A stretch of 64,000 bases of DNA. It comes from an uncultured Actinomycetes bacterium (GTDB taxonomy: Bacteria; Actinomycetota; UBA4738; JBBDTT01). The notes beneath the pieces are model-generated. The model worked only from the letters and a program-made list of their open reading frames with translations. It was not told where the DNA came from and searched no databases. The position numbers were made by a program, and so were the translations under genes. Below are positions 20,736 through 30,486 of this stretch, piece after piece. The DNA lies in NCBI GenBank assembly GCA_963742735.1, contig CAVUMN010000004.1, positions 1,512,306 through 1,576,305 of the forward strand, written 5' to 3'. Each line of letters opens with the position of its first letter. The stretch's first letter is position 1.

Positions 20736-23333
20736 CTACGAGGGCGAGTGTAGGAGAGGCTCGAGCGCGCCGGGAAGGTAGACGCGGAACGACGCCCCGC
20801 CGCCGGGGCGGTCCTCGACCCAGGCCCGCCCCCCGTGCAGCTCGGCGAACCGGGCGACCAGGGACAGCCCGATGCCGACGCCGGGGGCGTGGTCGGGCAC
20901 CCCCGGACCTTGCTGGAAGGGTTCGAACAGCGCCTCCCGCAGGTCGGGGGACACGCCCTGACCGGCGTCCTCGACGGCGATCAGCACCCCGCGTTCGAAC
21001 TCCCCGGCCCGGATCCAGATCGGGGTGCCCGGCGGGGTGTGGCGGGCCGCGTTCGCCAGCAGGTTCTCGATGATCCGTTCGACCTTCGGCCCGTCCACGG
21101 AGATCGTCAGCGAACCGGCATCGACCTGGATGGGCCGGCTCGGGAGCGAGGGCGACTCGCCGGCAACGCGCAGGATCAGCTCGCCGATGTCGACCGGCCG
21201 CCGGACCGGCTCCACGAGCCCCCGCGACAGGCGGTCGACGTCCAGCAGGTCCGACAGGAGCCGGTCGAGCTTGTCGGCGTTGGCCCCGAGGCGGCCCAGG
21301 AACGCGCGCTGCTCGTCCGGGCTGATCCGCTCGCTCTGGTGCTCGAGGGTCTTCGCGAACCCCAGGACCGCGGTCAGCGGCGTGCGGAGCTCGTGGGAGA
21401 CCGCGGTCAGGAAGGCGTTCTTCATCGCGTCCAGGGAGCGCAGCTGCTCGGCGGCCTCCCGCTCGCGCTCGTACGCCTGGCGCAGGGCGTCCTCCGCCCT
21501 GGCGCGGTCGGTCACGTCCTGGCCGGTTCCGAACAGACGGGTCGGCTCGCCGTGCTCGTTGACGTCAACCTCGCCCTTGCCGGCCAGGATCCGGACCTCG
21601 CCGCTCGGCAGGACGATGCGATGGTCGAGCGAGTACGGGCGCCCGCCCAGCAGGGCCTCCCCGATGGTCTCCTCGACGAGCGTCCGGTCCTCGGGGTGGA
21701 TGCGCTCGATGAAGGTCTCGTAGGTGGGCCGGCACGTCTCGGGCGCCTCGCCGAAGATCCGGCACATCTCCGCCGACCACGTCAGCGCGCCGGTGCTCAC
21801 GTCCCACTCCCAGCTCCCCAGCCCGGCGACGGCCTGGGCCTCGGCCAGCTGCTCCCGGCTGCTCCGCAGGGCGCGCTCCGCCAAGACGCGTTGGGTGATG
21901 TCGCGGATGATCGAGATCACCTGCGACGGCTCGGGCCCGCGGTCGAGCAGCTTCAGGGCGACCTCGACCTCGACCCGTCGCCCGTCCTTCCGGATGAGGG
22001 CGGTCTCGTAGTGCTCGGGGACCTCGGTGCCGGCCCGGCGGAGGCGGTACCGCTCGATCAGCTCGGCGCGAACGTCCTCGGGCGCGAGCTCCATCAGCGA
22101 GCCGAGCCCGCGCAGCTCCTCGATCGTGTATCCCGTGATCCGCTCGTAGGCCTCGTTCGCGTAGACGAGGCTCAAGCCCTCGGCGACCACGACGCCCTCG
22201 CCGACGTCGCTCACCGTGTCGAGCAGCGTCTCGTACCGGACGGTCTCGGCGCGCAGCGCCTCGGACAGGCGGACCCGCTCCAGGCCGGGGCCGATCACCG
22301 CGGCGAGCTGGGCCACCCGCGTGACCTCGTCCGAGCCGAACAGCGGCGTGTACGGGCCGGAGATCACGGCCACCACGCCGGCGCCCTCGGACGACTCGAG
22401 CGATGCGACCACGGCGTGCCGGCCGTCCGCGAGCCGGGTCAGGTACGCCCCGTCCCGCGGCTCGAGGTGGGCCGACAGGCGGGCCACGGAGACCTCGGAC
22501 AGGCCGACCGACGCGATGATCGCGCCGTTCCCGTCGCCGATGAACCCCGCGTCGGTCCCGAGGAGCCGCGTCGCCCAGTGCAGCGCGCGGCCGCCCAGGG
22601 CCGGGCGGTCGGCGGCGAAGCGGACCAGGTCGCTCATGGCTCGCATGAGCGCGTCCTCCTCGTGCCGGCGCCAGATCCTGCGGAGCCAACGAGGAGGCGC
22701 AAAGGAGACGTAGATGAGGGGGACCATGGCCAGACCGAGCCCGTACCCGATGATCGTCACGGTCGGACGGCGCGCCGCCGGCGAGAACGCGGTGAGACCC
22801 AGGATGATCGTGACCACCGACGCGTAGCCCACGCTGAGCGCGCGCAGCCGGCTGCGCTGCACCGGCGGCAGCGATCGCGCGGAGACCCAGAAGCCAACGA
22901 CGGGCTCGAACATGCACGCACTCCACACGACCAGCAGGCCCAGGAGGGCGGCGGTCTGGCCCGGCGAGTACATCGCGTCCGGCCCGCCGGGCAGCGCCAC
23001 GGCGATGGCCACCGTTCCGCTGAGCATCACGGCCGCCGCCGCCGCGCGGTGCCGGCGGCGAGCCAGCGGGACGAACGTGCCCCGGAATCGCAGGAAGCTG
23101 TACCCGCTCACCAGGAGGAGGACGATGGTGGCGTCGGTCAGCAGCTGCGAGCGGAACCCGACCTCCTCGGAGATCCGGCCGAGCCACGACATGGCCCCGA
23201 GGGACCCGAGGGCGATCGCCAGCAAGAGGTGCCGGGATTCCCGGGTTCGCCGCCACGCGGCGACGTTCACCAGGGCGAGCAGCAGGAACGCTGCTCCACC
23301 GGCGACCTCGAGGATCTCCACGGCCTGTCGCAT
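20736..23333 (-). CDS. Membrane-bound PAS-domain sensor histidine kinase, no adjacent response regulator
   Basis: Multi-TM N-terminus, two PAS domains, SHELRTPL, NLLANAARH, EDAGQG, GVGIGL. Confidence 0.9.
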   Translation of the reverse strand: MRQAVEILEVAGGAAFLLLALVNVAAWRRTRESRHLLLAIALGSLGAMSWLGRISEEVGFRSQLLTDATIVLLLVSGYSFLRFRGTFVPLARRRHRAAAAAVMLSGTVAIAVALPGGPDAMYSPGQTAALLGLLVVWSACMFEPVVGFWVSARSLPPVQRSRLRALSVGYASVVTIILGLTAFSPAARRPTVTIIGYGLGLAMVPLIYVSFAPPRWLRRIWRRHEEDALMRAMSDLVRFAADRPALGGRALHWATRLLGTDAGFIGDGNGAIIASVGLSEVSVARLSAHLEPRDGAYLTRLADGRHAVVASLESSEGAGVVAVISGPYTPLFGSDEVTRVAQLAAVIGPGLERVRLSEALRAETVRYETLLDTVSDVGEGVVVAEGLSLVYANEAYERITGYTIEELRGLGSLMELAPEDVRAELIERYRLRRAGTEVPEHYETALIRKDGRRVEVEVALKLLDRGPEPSQVISIIRDITQRVLAERALRSSREQLAEAQAVAGLGSWEWDVSTGALTWSAEMCRIFGEAPETCRPTYETFIERIHPEDRTLVEETIGEALLGGRPYSLDHRIVLPSGEVRILAGKGEVDVNEHGEPTRLFGTGQDVTDRARAEDALRQAYEREREAAEQLRSLDAMKNAFLTAVSHELRTPLTAVLGFAKTLEHQSERISPDEQRAFLGRLGANADKLDRLLSDLLDVDRLSRGLVEPVRRPVDIGELILRVAGESPSLPSRPIQVDAGSLTISVDGPKVERIIENLLANAARHTPPGTPIWIRAGEFERGVLIAVEDAGQGVSPDLREALFEPFQQGPGVPDHAPGVGIGLSLVARFAELHGGRAWVEDRPGGGASFRVYLPGALEPLLHSPS

Positions 23334-23450
23334 GGGGTTCGCCTTGGGGTATCGGCACGCGGGGAGGCCTCCAACAGGCTCGGCGGGCCGATGAGGACTA
23401 GCCAGAACGAGTCAATTCCGGTCGTGAGGACGGCGGGTAGCATGGCGGGC

Positions 23451-23900
23451 ATGCGATTCCGGACGAAGGTCCTGCTCTCCGGAAGGACCGCCACCGGCGT
23501 GGAGGTCCCCGCGAAGGTGGTCGAGGGCCTGGGCTCCGGCAAGCGGCCGGCGGTCCGCGTGACGATCAACGGCCACACGTACCGGAGCACCGTGGCGGTC
23601 ATGGGCGGCACGTTCATGCTCGGGATCAGCGCGGAGGTGCGGGCGGCCGCCGGGATCGCGGCCGGCGACCGGGTCGACGTGGACCTGGAGCTCGACACCG
23701 CGCCCCGCGAGGTGACCGTGCCACCCGACCTGGCGAAGGCCCTGAAGGCCGACGCGAAGGCGAAGGGGTTCTTCGACGGCCTCTCGTACAGCCGCAAGAG
23801 CTGGCACGTGCTCTCGATCGAGGGCGCCAAGACGCCGGAGACCCGCGCGCGTCGCATCGAGAAGTCGATCGGGATGCTCCGAGAGGGCCGCAACCCCTAG
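23451..23900 (+). CDS. YdeI/OmpD-associated (DUF1905) family protein
   Basis: VTINGHTYRSTV, VPPDLAKAL, FDGLSYS, AKTPETRARRI. Confidence 0.8.
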   Translation: MRFRTKVLLSGRTATGVEVPAKVVEGLGSGKRPAVRVTINGHTYRSTVAVMGGTFMLGISAEVRAAAGIAAGDRVDVDLELDTAPREVTVPPDLAKALKADAKAKGFFDGLSYSRKSWHVLSIEGAKTPETRARRIEKSIGMLREGRNP

Positions 23901-23906
23901 CCGGCC

Positions 23907-26492
23907 ATGACAGAGCTCCCTACCGGAACCGTCACCTTCCTCTTCACCGACATCGAGGGCTCGACCAAGCTGCTCCAGGCACTCGGCGACCGCTGGCAGC
24001 CCGTGCTCGAGGACCACCACCGGCTGATGCGCGACGCCATCCGCCGGGCCGGCGGGATCGACCTGCGCACCGAGGGCGACTCCTTCTTCGCCGTCTTCGA
24101 CCGCCCGGCGGCGGCCGTGGCCGCCACCGCGGCGGCCCAGCGGGCGCTGGCGGGCCACGAATGGCCGGCCGACCACGAGGTGCGGGTGCGGATGGGCATG
24201 CACACCGGCGAGGGGACGCTCGGCGGGGACGACTACCTCGGCCTCGACGTGCACCGCGCCGCCAGGATCGCCTCCGCCGCCCACGGGGGGCAGGTCCTGC
24301 TCTCGGAGGCCACCCGTTCGGTAGCCGAGCACGACCTGCCGGCCGGCGTCGGCGTCCAGAGCCTCGGGGCGCACCGCCTGAAGGACCTGGCGCGTCCCGA
24401 GCAGATCTTTCAGCTCGCGATCGAGGGGCTGCCCGCCGAGTTCCCCCCGATCCGGTCGCTCGGAACGCCGACCAACCTGCCCGTTCAGCGCACCGCGTTC
24501 ATCGGCCGCGAGCAGGAGGTGGCGCGGGTCCGCGAGCTCCTGAAGGGCCCCGGGCTGCTGACCCTCACCGGCCCGGGGGGAAGCGGCAAGACCCGGCTGT
24601 CCCTGCAGGCCGCCCGCGAGCTCCTGGACGACTATCCGGGCGGGGTGTTCTTCGTGCAGCTCGAGGCGATCACCGACCCCCTGTTGGTCCCCTCGGCCAT
24701 CGCGGGCACGGTGGGGGTTCGCTCCGAGGGAGCCCGCCCGATCCTGGACATCCTGCGCGAGCACGTCCGAGACCGGGAGATGCTCCTGGTGCTCGACAAC
24801 TTCGAGCAGGTCCTGGGCGCGGCCCCGGTGGTGGGTGACCTGCTCGACGCGGCGCCGCAGCTGCGCGTGCTGGCGACCAGCCGCGAGCCGTTGCACGTGG
24901 CGGGCGAGCAGGAGCTCGCCGTGCCGCCGCTGGCCGAGTCCGAGGCCGTGGGACTGTTCGTCCAACGGGCCGCGGCCGTGGACCCGGCGTTCGAGCGAAC
25001 CGAGGCCAACGCGCCGGCGATCGCCGAGATCTGCCGGCGCCTCGACGGACTCCCCCTGGCCATCGAGCTTGCGGCCTCGAGGGTGAAGCTCCTGTCCCCG
25101 GGGGCAATCCTGGAGCGGCTGGGATCCCGGCTGGAGCTCCTGGCGGGCGGGCCCGTCGACCTGCCGGCGCGGCAGCGCACGCTCCGCGAGGCCATCGCGT
25201 GGAGCCACGACCTGCTCGACGAGTCCGAGCGGGTCCTCTTCCGGCGCCTGGCGGTGTTCGCCGGTGGCTGGACGCTGGAGGCGGCCGAGGCGGTGGCCGG
25301 TGCGGATCTGGGGGGCGACGCGTTGGAGGTCCTCGGCTCCCTGATCGACAAGAGCCTGGTCATCCGGGTGCCGTCCGCCTCGGGCGGGAGCCGGTTCGGG
25401 ATGTTGGAGACCATCCGCGAGTTCGCCCGCGAGCGGCTCGAGGAGGCGGAGGAGGGAGGCGCGGTACGCGACCGCCATTTCCGGTACTTCCTCGAACGGG
25501 CGGTCGCCGCGGAGCCGCAGCTTCGCCTGGCCGACCAGCGCCGGTGGCTCGACGAGCTCGAGGAGGAGCACGACAACCTCCGGGGGGCCCTGCGGTGGGC
25601 GGCCGACGACCGGCGGACGCTCGAGGGGCTCCGGTTCGCGGCGGCGCTGTGGCGGTTCTGGCACCTGCACGCCCACCTGGCCGAGGGGCGCCGGTGGCTG
25701 GAGGAGGTGCTGGCCCTTCCCGGCGCCGAGGAGCCGACCACCGAGCGGTGGGCCGCGCTGACCGCCCTCGGGGGCCTGGCCTACTGGCAGCAGGACCTGG
25801 ACGGAATCCGCCAGGCGTATGAGGGGTCCCTGGTGCTGGCGAGGGACCTGGGTGACCGGGAAGCCGAGGCCGAGGCGCTCTACAACATGGCCTACGTGAA
25901 GGCGGCCGAGGGCGATTTCGAAGAGGCGATCGCGCTGGCCGAGGAGTCGCTCGCGCGGAGCCGCGAGCTCGGGTTCGACCGGGTGGCGGGCGACTGCCTG
26001 TTCCTCCTCGGGATCGGGGCCAGGCTCATGGGAGACCTCGACAAGGCGCAGGCCCTGACCGATGAGTCTCTGCAGACCCATCGCGCCCGAGGAGACCGGT
26101 TCGGAGGCACGATCGCCCTGTACGCGGTGGGGCGGGTCGCGTTCGCCCAGGGGGACATGGCCAGGTCGCGGGCGGTGTTCCTCGAGGCGCTCGACCACGA
26201 CGAGAACATCGGGAACCAGACGGGCATGGCCGTGATCTTCGAGAACCTGGGCGCCCAGGCCGCGATCCACGGTGACCATGTCCGCGCGGTGCGGCTCGGC
26301 GGTGCGGCCTCGGCGCTCAAGGAGGTGGTGGGCGGCGAGGCCCCTCCGTCGCTCATCGACATCCCGGATCCGCGGGTGGAGGCCCGCGAGGTCCTGGGCG
26401 AGGCCGCGGTGAACGCGGCGTGGGAGGAGGGCCGCGCGATGCCGCTGGAGCAGGTGTTGTCCTACGCCCGGGAGGAGGCCCAAGATGGGTAG
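23907..26492 (+). CDS. Class III nucleotide cyclase + NB-ARC-like ATPase + TPR protein
   Basis: FLFTDIEGST, EGDSFF, GLDVHRAAR; GPGGSGKT, LVLDNFE, DGLPLAIELAA. Confidence 0.9.
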   Translation: MTELPTGTVTFLFTDIEGSTKLLQALGDRWQPVLEDHHRLMRDAIRRAGGIDLRTEGDSFFAVFDRPAAAVAATAAAQRALAGHEWPADHEVRVRMGMHTGEGTLGGDDYLGLDVHRAARIASAAHGGQVLLSEATRSVAEHDLPAGVGVQSLGAHRLKDLARPEQIFQLAIEGLPAEFPPIRSLGTPTNLPVQRTAFIGREQEVARVRELLKGPGLLTLTGPGGSGKTRLSLQAARELLDDYPGGVFFVQLEAITDPLLVPSAIAGTVGVRSEGARPILDILREHVRDREMLLVLDNFEQVLGAAPVVGDLLDAAPQLRVLATSREPLHVAGEQELAVPPLAESEAVGLFVQRAAAVDPAFERTEANAPAIAEICRRLDGLPLAIELAASRVKLLSPGAILERLGSRLELLAGGPVDLPARQRTLREAIAWSHDLLDESERVLFRRLAVFAGGWTLEAAEAVAGADLGGDALEVLGSLIDKSLVIRVPSASGGSRFGMLETIREFARERLEEAEEGGAVRDRHFRYFLERAVAAEPQLRLADQRRWLDELEEEHDNLRGALRWAADDRRTLEGLRFAAALWRFWHLHAHLAEGRRWLEEVLALPGAEEPTTERWAALTALGGLAYWQQDLDGIRQAYEGSLVLARDLGDREAEAEALYNMAYVKAAEGDFEEAIALAEESLARSRELGFDRVAGDCLFLLGIGARLMGDLDKAQALTDESLQTHRARGDRFGGTIALYAVGRVAFAQGDMARSRAVFLEALDHDENIGNQTGMAVIFENLGAQAAIHGDHVRAVRLGGAASALKEVVGGEAPPSLIDIPDPRVEAREVLGEAAVNAAWEEGRAMPLEQVLSYAREEAQDG

Positions 26493-26507
26493 CAGGAAGG
26501 AGGCGAG

Positions 26508-27080
26508 ATGTTCGAAATCGACACGCTGATCGCCGACTGCCAGGAAGCTCTCGCCGACCCCGATCCCCAGCGGGCCGTCCGCGAGGTCCTGATCCGAACG
26601 TTGGAGAAGCCGGACCCGGTCGCCGACGTGCTCGGCAAGCCCGAGGGCGGCCTCGACTTCCTGTACAACTCGCCGGAGCTGACGGTCCTCAACGCCATCT
26701 GGGCGCCCGGGATGCACCTGTACCCCCACGACCACCGGATGTGGGCGGTGATCGGGATCTACGGCGGCGCCGAGGACAACGTGCTGTTCCGCCGCGGCCC
26801 CGAGCACATCGTCCCGGCCGGCGGCCGGACGATCCGCGACTCCGACGTGCTGGCCCTGGGGACCGACGCCATCCACTCCGTGGCCAATCCGGAACGACGG
26901 TTCACCGGGGCCGTCCACGTCTACGGGGGTGACTTCTTGAACCAGCCGCGCAGTCAGTGGGATCCCGACACGCTGGTGGAGCAGCCCTACGACCTGGACG
27001 AGGTCAAGCGCCGGTTCGCGCAGGCCAACGCGGAGTGGGCGGCCCAGCTCGGCCAGGACCTGGACGAGACCGCCGGCTGA
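26508..27080 (+). CDS. Cupin / cysteine dioxygenase-like protein
   Basis: PHDH..WAVIGIYGG, IHSVAN, HVYGG; RBS AGGAGG. Confidence 0.75.
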   Translation: MFEIDTLIADCQEALADPDPQRAVREVLIRTLEKPDPVADVLGKPEGGLDFLYNSPELTVLNAIWAPGMHLYPHDHRMWAVIGIYGGAEDNVLFRRGPEHIVPAGGRTIRDSDVLALGTDAIHSVANPERRFTGAVHVYGGDFLNQPRSQWDPDTLVEQPYDLDEVKRRFAQANAEWAAQLGQDLDETAG

Positions 27081-27084
27081 CGGT

Positions 27085-28470
27085 CTACCCGGGCCGGACC
27101 ATCCGGTTGCCCTGGAACAGGTTCGCGGGGTCGTAGGTCTGCTTGACGGTCTGCAGCCGCTCGTAGTTCTGGCCGTAGGAGTCGCGGAGCAGGTTCTCGC
27201 CCTCCTCCAGGAAGCCGGGGAAGTTCAGGTAGGTGCCGCCGCCCGGGAACCGGTCCATGTCCTCGACGATCCCCCGGACCCACGCGATGTTCGCATCGTC
27301 GTCGGCCGGGGCCTCCCAGTTGCCCTCCGCGCCGATGAGGATGGGCGAGCTCCGATCGCCGAACGCGGTGTCGGTCGCGCCGACGCGGGTCATGGCGCCG
27401 CCCTGGTACCAGATGTCGAGCGTCGAGAGCTTCGAGGGCGCCGCCTCACAGTGCGCCACCAGCCGGTCGATGACCTCGTCGGTGAGCGCGTCCAGGTGGA
27501 TCGACTTCCAGTAGTAGCGGCGGCCGTCCGGGTAGTCCTCGTCGAACAGCGACTGGAGCTGGACGTAGGGCATACGGCCGGTGATGTCCATGATCGGCTC
27601 GCCCAGCTCGCGCAGCGGCTGGACGAGCTTCTCGCCCTCGGCGGGGTCGCCGGGGTAGACCGCGGCGCAGATGACGGCCGGCGCGCCGTGATGCTCGGCC
27701 GGGAACGGGTCGCCGGCCGGGATCGCGCCGAAGAACGCCAATGGGCTGAGGTCCTCCGGTGCGTTCTGCGTGAACTCGTCCACCGCGCGAAAGACCTCCG
27801 CGGCCATCGCGCCGGGGTAGAAGAGGCCGGCGACCGCCACCTCCGGCCCCACCGGGTGGAGGCGGTACTCGAAGGTGGTGACGACGCCGAGTCCGCCCCC
27901 GCCGCCGCGCAGGCCCCAGAACAGGTCGGCGTTCTCGTCCTCGCTCGCGGTCAGCACCTGCCCGTCCGCCGTGACGACCTCGGCGGAGGTGAGGTTGTCG
28001 CAGCTCAGGCCGTACTTGCGCCGGAGCCAGCCCATGCCCCCGCCCAGGGTGATCCCGGCGATGCCGGTCTCCGACTGCAGGCCCAAGGGGGTGGCCAGGC
28101 CGTGGGCCTGGGTGGCCCGGTCGACGTCGGCGAGCTTCGACCCGCCGCCCGCGCGGGCGAGCTTCCGATCGGCATCGACGCTGACCTCGTTCATGGAGGA
28201 CAGGTCGATGACCAGGGCGTCGTCCGCCACGGCCAGTCCGGCGACGTTGTGCCCGCCGCCCCGGACGGTTACGGGAAGATCGTGGTCTCGCGCGAAGCCG
28301 ACCGCCGCGACGACGTCCTGGACGCTCGCGCACCGGACGACCACGGCCGGGCGCTTGTCGATGACGCCGTTCCAGACCCGGCGGGCGTCCTCGTAGTCGG
28401 CATCCTCGGGCCCGATCGCCTGGCCCGTCAGCGTTCCGCGAAGTCCCTCCAGATCCAGATCGTTCGCCAT
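27085..28470 (-). CDS. FAD-binding oxidoreductase (VAO/berberine-bridge type)
   Basis: RGGGHN, GITLGGGMG, DLFWGLRGGG, YLNF, KQTYDPANLF. Confidence 0.9.
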   Translation of the reverse strand: MANDLDLEGLRGTLTGQAIGPEDADYEDARRVWNGVIDKRPAVVVRCASVQDVVAAVGFARDHDLPVTVRGGGHNVAGLAVADDALVIDLSSMNEVSVDADRKLARAGGGSKLADVDRATQAHGLATPLGLQSETGIAGITLGGGMGWLRRKYGLSCDNLTSAEVVTADGQVLTASEDENADLFWGLRGGGGGLGVVTTFEYRLHPVGPEVAVAGLFYPGAMAAEVFRAVDEFTQNAPEDLSPLAFFGAIPAGDPFPAEHHGAPAVICAAVYPGDPAEGEKLVQPLRELGEPIMDITGRMPYVQLQSLFDEDYPDGRRYYWKSIHLDALTDEVIDRLVAHCEAAPSKLSTLDIWYQGGAMTRVGATDTAFGDRSSPILIGAEGNWEAPADDDANIAWVRGIVEDMDRFPGGGTYLNFPGFLEEGENLLRDSYGQNYERLQTVKQTYDPANLFQGNRMVRPG

Positions 28471-28540
28471 CTGCGTCCCCCCTCGGTCGACACGGCCGAT
28501 CGCGAGCAGCCCGAATCATGTCACTGGTCGCGTGGGTGGG

Positions 28541-28555
28541 GGTACGAGTGGGCCC
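28541..28555 (+). repeat. 15-bp target-site duplication, left copy (right copy 28906-28920)
   Basis: GGTACGAGTGGGCCC present on both sides of the element. Confidence 0.9.
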
Positions 28556-28905
28556 TGTCAAGTGCCACCTGATGCTTGACGCTTTGTAGTCGGCTGATAG
28601 CGGGCGATCCAAGCGTGGACGCTCTGCCTCGAGACACCGAGGCGTCGAGCGACCTCCACGACCGTCCATCCATCCTGGACCACCGCCAGGACCGCCTGGT
28701 ACCGCTGCTCCATGACGCTGAGCTCCACCAGCACCGCCGTACCTCCTCCTCGTCGACTCCAACAAGGAGAAACCACTGCGGCGCGACGTCAAGCATCAGC
28801 CGAAGCCACCGTCAAGGATCACCCGAAACAGGTGTCAAGGATCAGCCGAAGCCGTGTCCAGGATCAGGTGACGCCGGAACGTCCAGCATCACCCGGAACA
28901 CGACA
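28556..28905 (-). mobile_element. Internally deleted IS481-family element (350 bp, MITE-like)
   Basis: TGT...ACA termini, imperfect 26-bp IRs (19/26), five GTC(A/C)AG(C/G)ATCA subterminal repeats at 28788/28811/28834/28856/28881, flanking 15-bp direct repeat. Confidence 0.85.
28558..28734 (-). pseudogene. IS481-family transposase N-terminal HTH remnant
   Basis: MLVELSVMEQRYQAVLAVVQDGWTVVEVARRLGVSRQSVHAWIARY then runs into the terminal repeat; RBS GGAGG. Confidence 0.85.
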
Positions 28906-28913
28906 GGTACGAG

Positions 28914-28988
28914 TGGGCCCTACAGGATTCGAACCTGTGACGCATGGATTAAGAGTCCATCGCTCTGACCAGACTGAGCTAAGGGCCC
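28914..28988 (-). tRNA. tRNA-Lys(CTT)
   Basis: GGGCCCT acceptor, ATGGA-ctCTTaa-TCCAT, GGTTCGAATCC. Confidence 0.95.
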
Positions 28989-29036
28989 GCGCGAGTATAC
29001 GAAACGCCGCCCGCGCGACGGTTCGCGGAGCAAGAG

Positions 29037-29111
29037 GGTGACCGAGGGGACTTGAACCCCCAGCCTCCGGGACCACAACCCGGCGCTCTAACCAATTGAG
29101 CTACGGCCACC
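29037..29111 (-). tRNA. tRNA-His(GTG)
   Basis: G-1, CCGGG-ttGTGgt-CCCGG, GGTTCAAGTCC, C73. Confidence 0.95.
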
Positions 29112-29186
29112 ATGTGGGTGCTGCGCCTCCATTGTAGGAGAGCGGACCGGGCATCCTCCCGCGCTTCCCGGCTAGAGTCCCCGGCC

Positions 29187-30485
29187 ATGCGCAGCCGATC
29201 CGTTCTCTTGTTTGCGGCCTTCGCGCTGCTCGCCTCGGCCTGCGACGGCGGCGAGCCGACGGCCAGCCCCACGGCCGGGAATCTCTCCGGCGAGGTCAGC
29301 TTCATGGTGTTCGGGGACCCCGAGGAGCTCCAGGCGTTCCGCAACGCCATCGACGGGTTCAAGGCGGTCCAGCCGAACGTCACCGTAAACCTGGTCGAGG
29401 CCAGCGACCGCGGCGACCTGATCGCCCGCCTCTCGACCTCGTTCTCCGCCGGCGAGCCGCCGGACCTGTTCCTGCTGAACTACCGCTTCTATGCGCAGTT
29501 CGCCGCGCGGCAGGTGCTCGAGCCGATCGAGCCCTACGTCGAGGGTTCCGACGTGGTCTCCGTGGAGGACTTCTACGAGCCTCCGATGGAGGCGTTCACG
29601 TTCGATGGGACGCTGACGTGCCTTCCCCAGAACGTCTCCAGCCTGGTCGTCTACTACAACCAGGACCTGTTCGAGGACGCCGGCGTGGTGCGTCCGCAGG
29701 CGGGGTGGACCTGGGACGACATGGTCGCCGCGGCGCAGTCGCTGACCATCGATCGCGGGAACGACGGGACGGTCGACCAGTACGGGCTGGGCGTCGATCC
29801 CGAGATCATCCGGCTGGCGCCGTTCGTGTGGTCGAACGGGGGAGAGGTCGTCGATGACCAGGCAGCCCCCACGCGGTTCACCCTGGACACGCCGGAGGCG
29901 CAGGAGGCCTTCCAGAAGTTCGTCGACCTGCGACGGGTGCACCTGGTGGTCCCGAACGAGGAGGAGATCGAGTCGGAGGACAACGAGGCGCGCTTCCAGA
30001 ACGGCACGACGGCCATGGTCATGTCGTCGCGCCGCTCGACGCCTGCCTTCCGGACGATCACCGACTTCGAGTGGGACGTGGCGCCGATCCCGGTCCTCGG
30101 CGAGCCGGCGGGGATCCTGCACTCCGACGCGTACTGCATGACGAAGGCCTCGGAGAACAAGGACGCCGCGTGGGCGTTCATGGAGTTCGCCCTGGGGCCG
30201 GAGGGACAGCGGATCACGTCGGCGGTCGGGCGCACCGTCCCCTCGCTGAAGGACGTCGCCGAGTCGGACGCATTCCTGGACCCCTCGGTCTCCCCGAGGA
30301 GCTCGCAGGTGTTCCTGGACACGATCCCGGTGATCCGTCGGGTGCCGAACGTCTCGACGTGGCCGGAGATCGAGGACGCGGTCAACCCCATCCTGGAGAC
30401 GGCGTTCTACGAGACCGGCGACGAGGAAGAGGCGGCCCGCTTGATCGACCAGGCGACCCGGGAGATCTTCGCCCGCGCCGAGTGA
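29187..30485 (+). CDS. Sugar ABC transporter substrate-binding lipoprotein, no adjacent permeases
   Basis: Lipobox LASAC; PPDLF, YYNQDLF, WTWDD, WDVAPIP. Confidence 0.88.
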   Translation: MRSRSVLLFAAFALLASACDGGEPTASPTAGNLSGEVSFMVFGDPEELQAFRNAIDGFKAVQPNVTVNLVEASDRGDLIARLSTSFSAGEPPDLFLLNYRFYAQFAARQVLEPIEPYVEGSDVVSVEDFYEPPMEAFTFDGTLTCLPQNVSSLVVYYNQDLFEDAGVVRPQAGWTWDDMVAAAQSLTIDRGNDGTVDQYGLGVDPEIIRLAPFVWSNGGEVVDDQAAPTRFTLDTPEAQEAFQKFVDLRRVHLVVPNEEEIESEDNEARFQNGTTAMVMSSRRSTPAFRTITDFEWDVAPIPVLGEPAGILHSDAYCMTKASENKDAAWAFMEFALGPEGQRITSAVGRTVPSLKDVAESDAFLDPSVSPRSSQVFLDTIPVIRRVPNVSTWPEIEDAVNPILETAFYETGDEEEAARLIDQATREIFARAE

Positions 30486-30486
30486 A

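Noticed and set aside
28788-28897. Regularly spaced repeats resembling a mini-CRISPR
   Set aside because: The 22-25 bp period leaves no real spacers, there are no cas genes, and the repeats sit inside an IS end.
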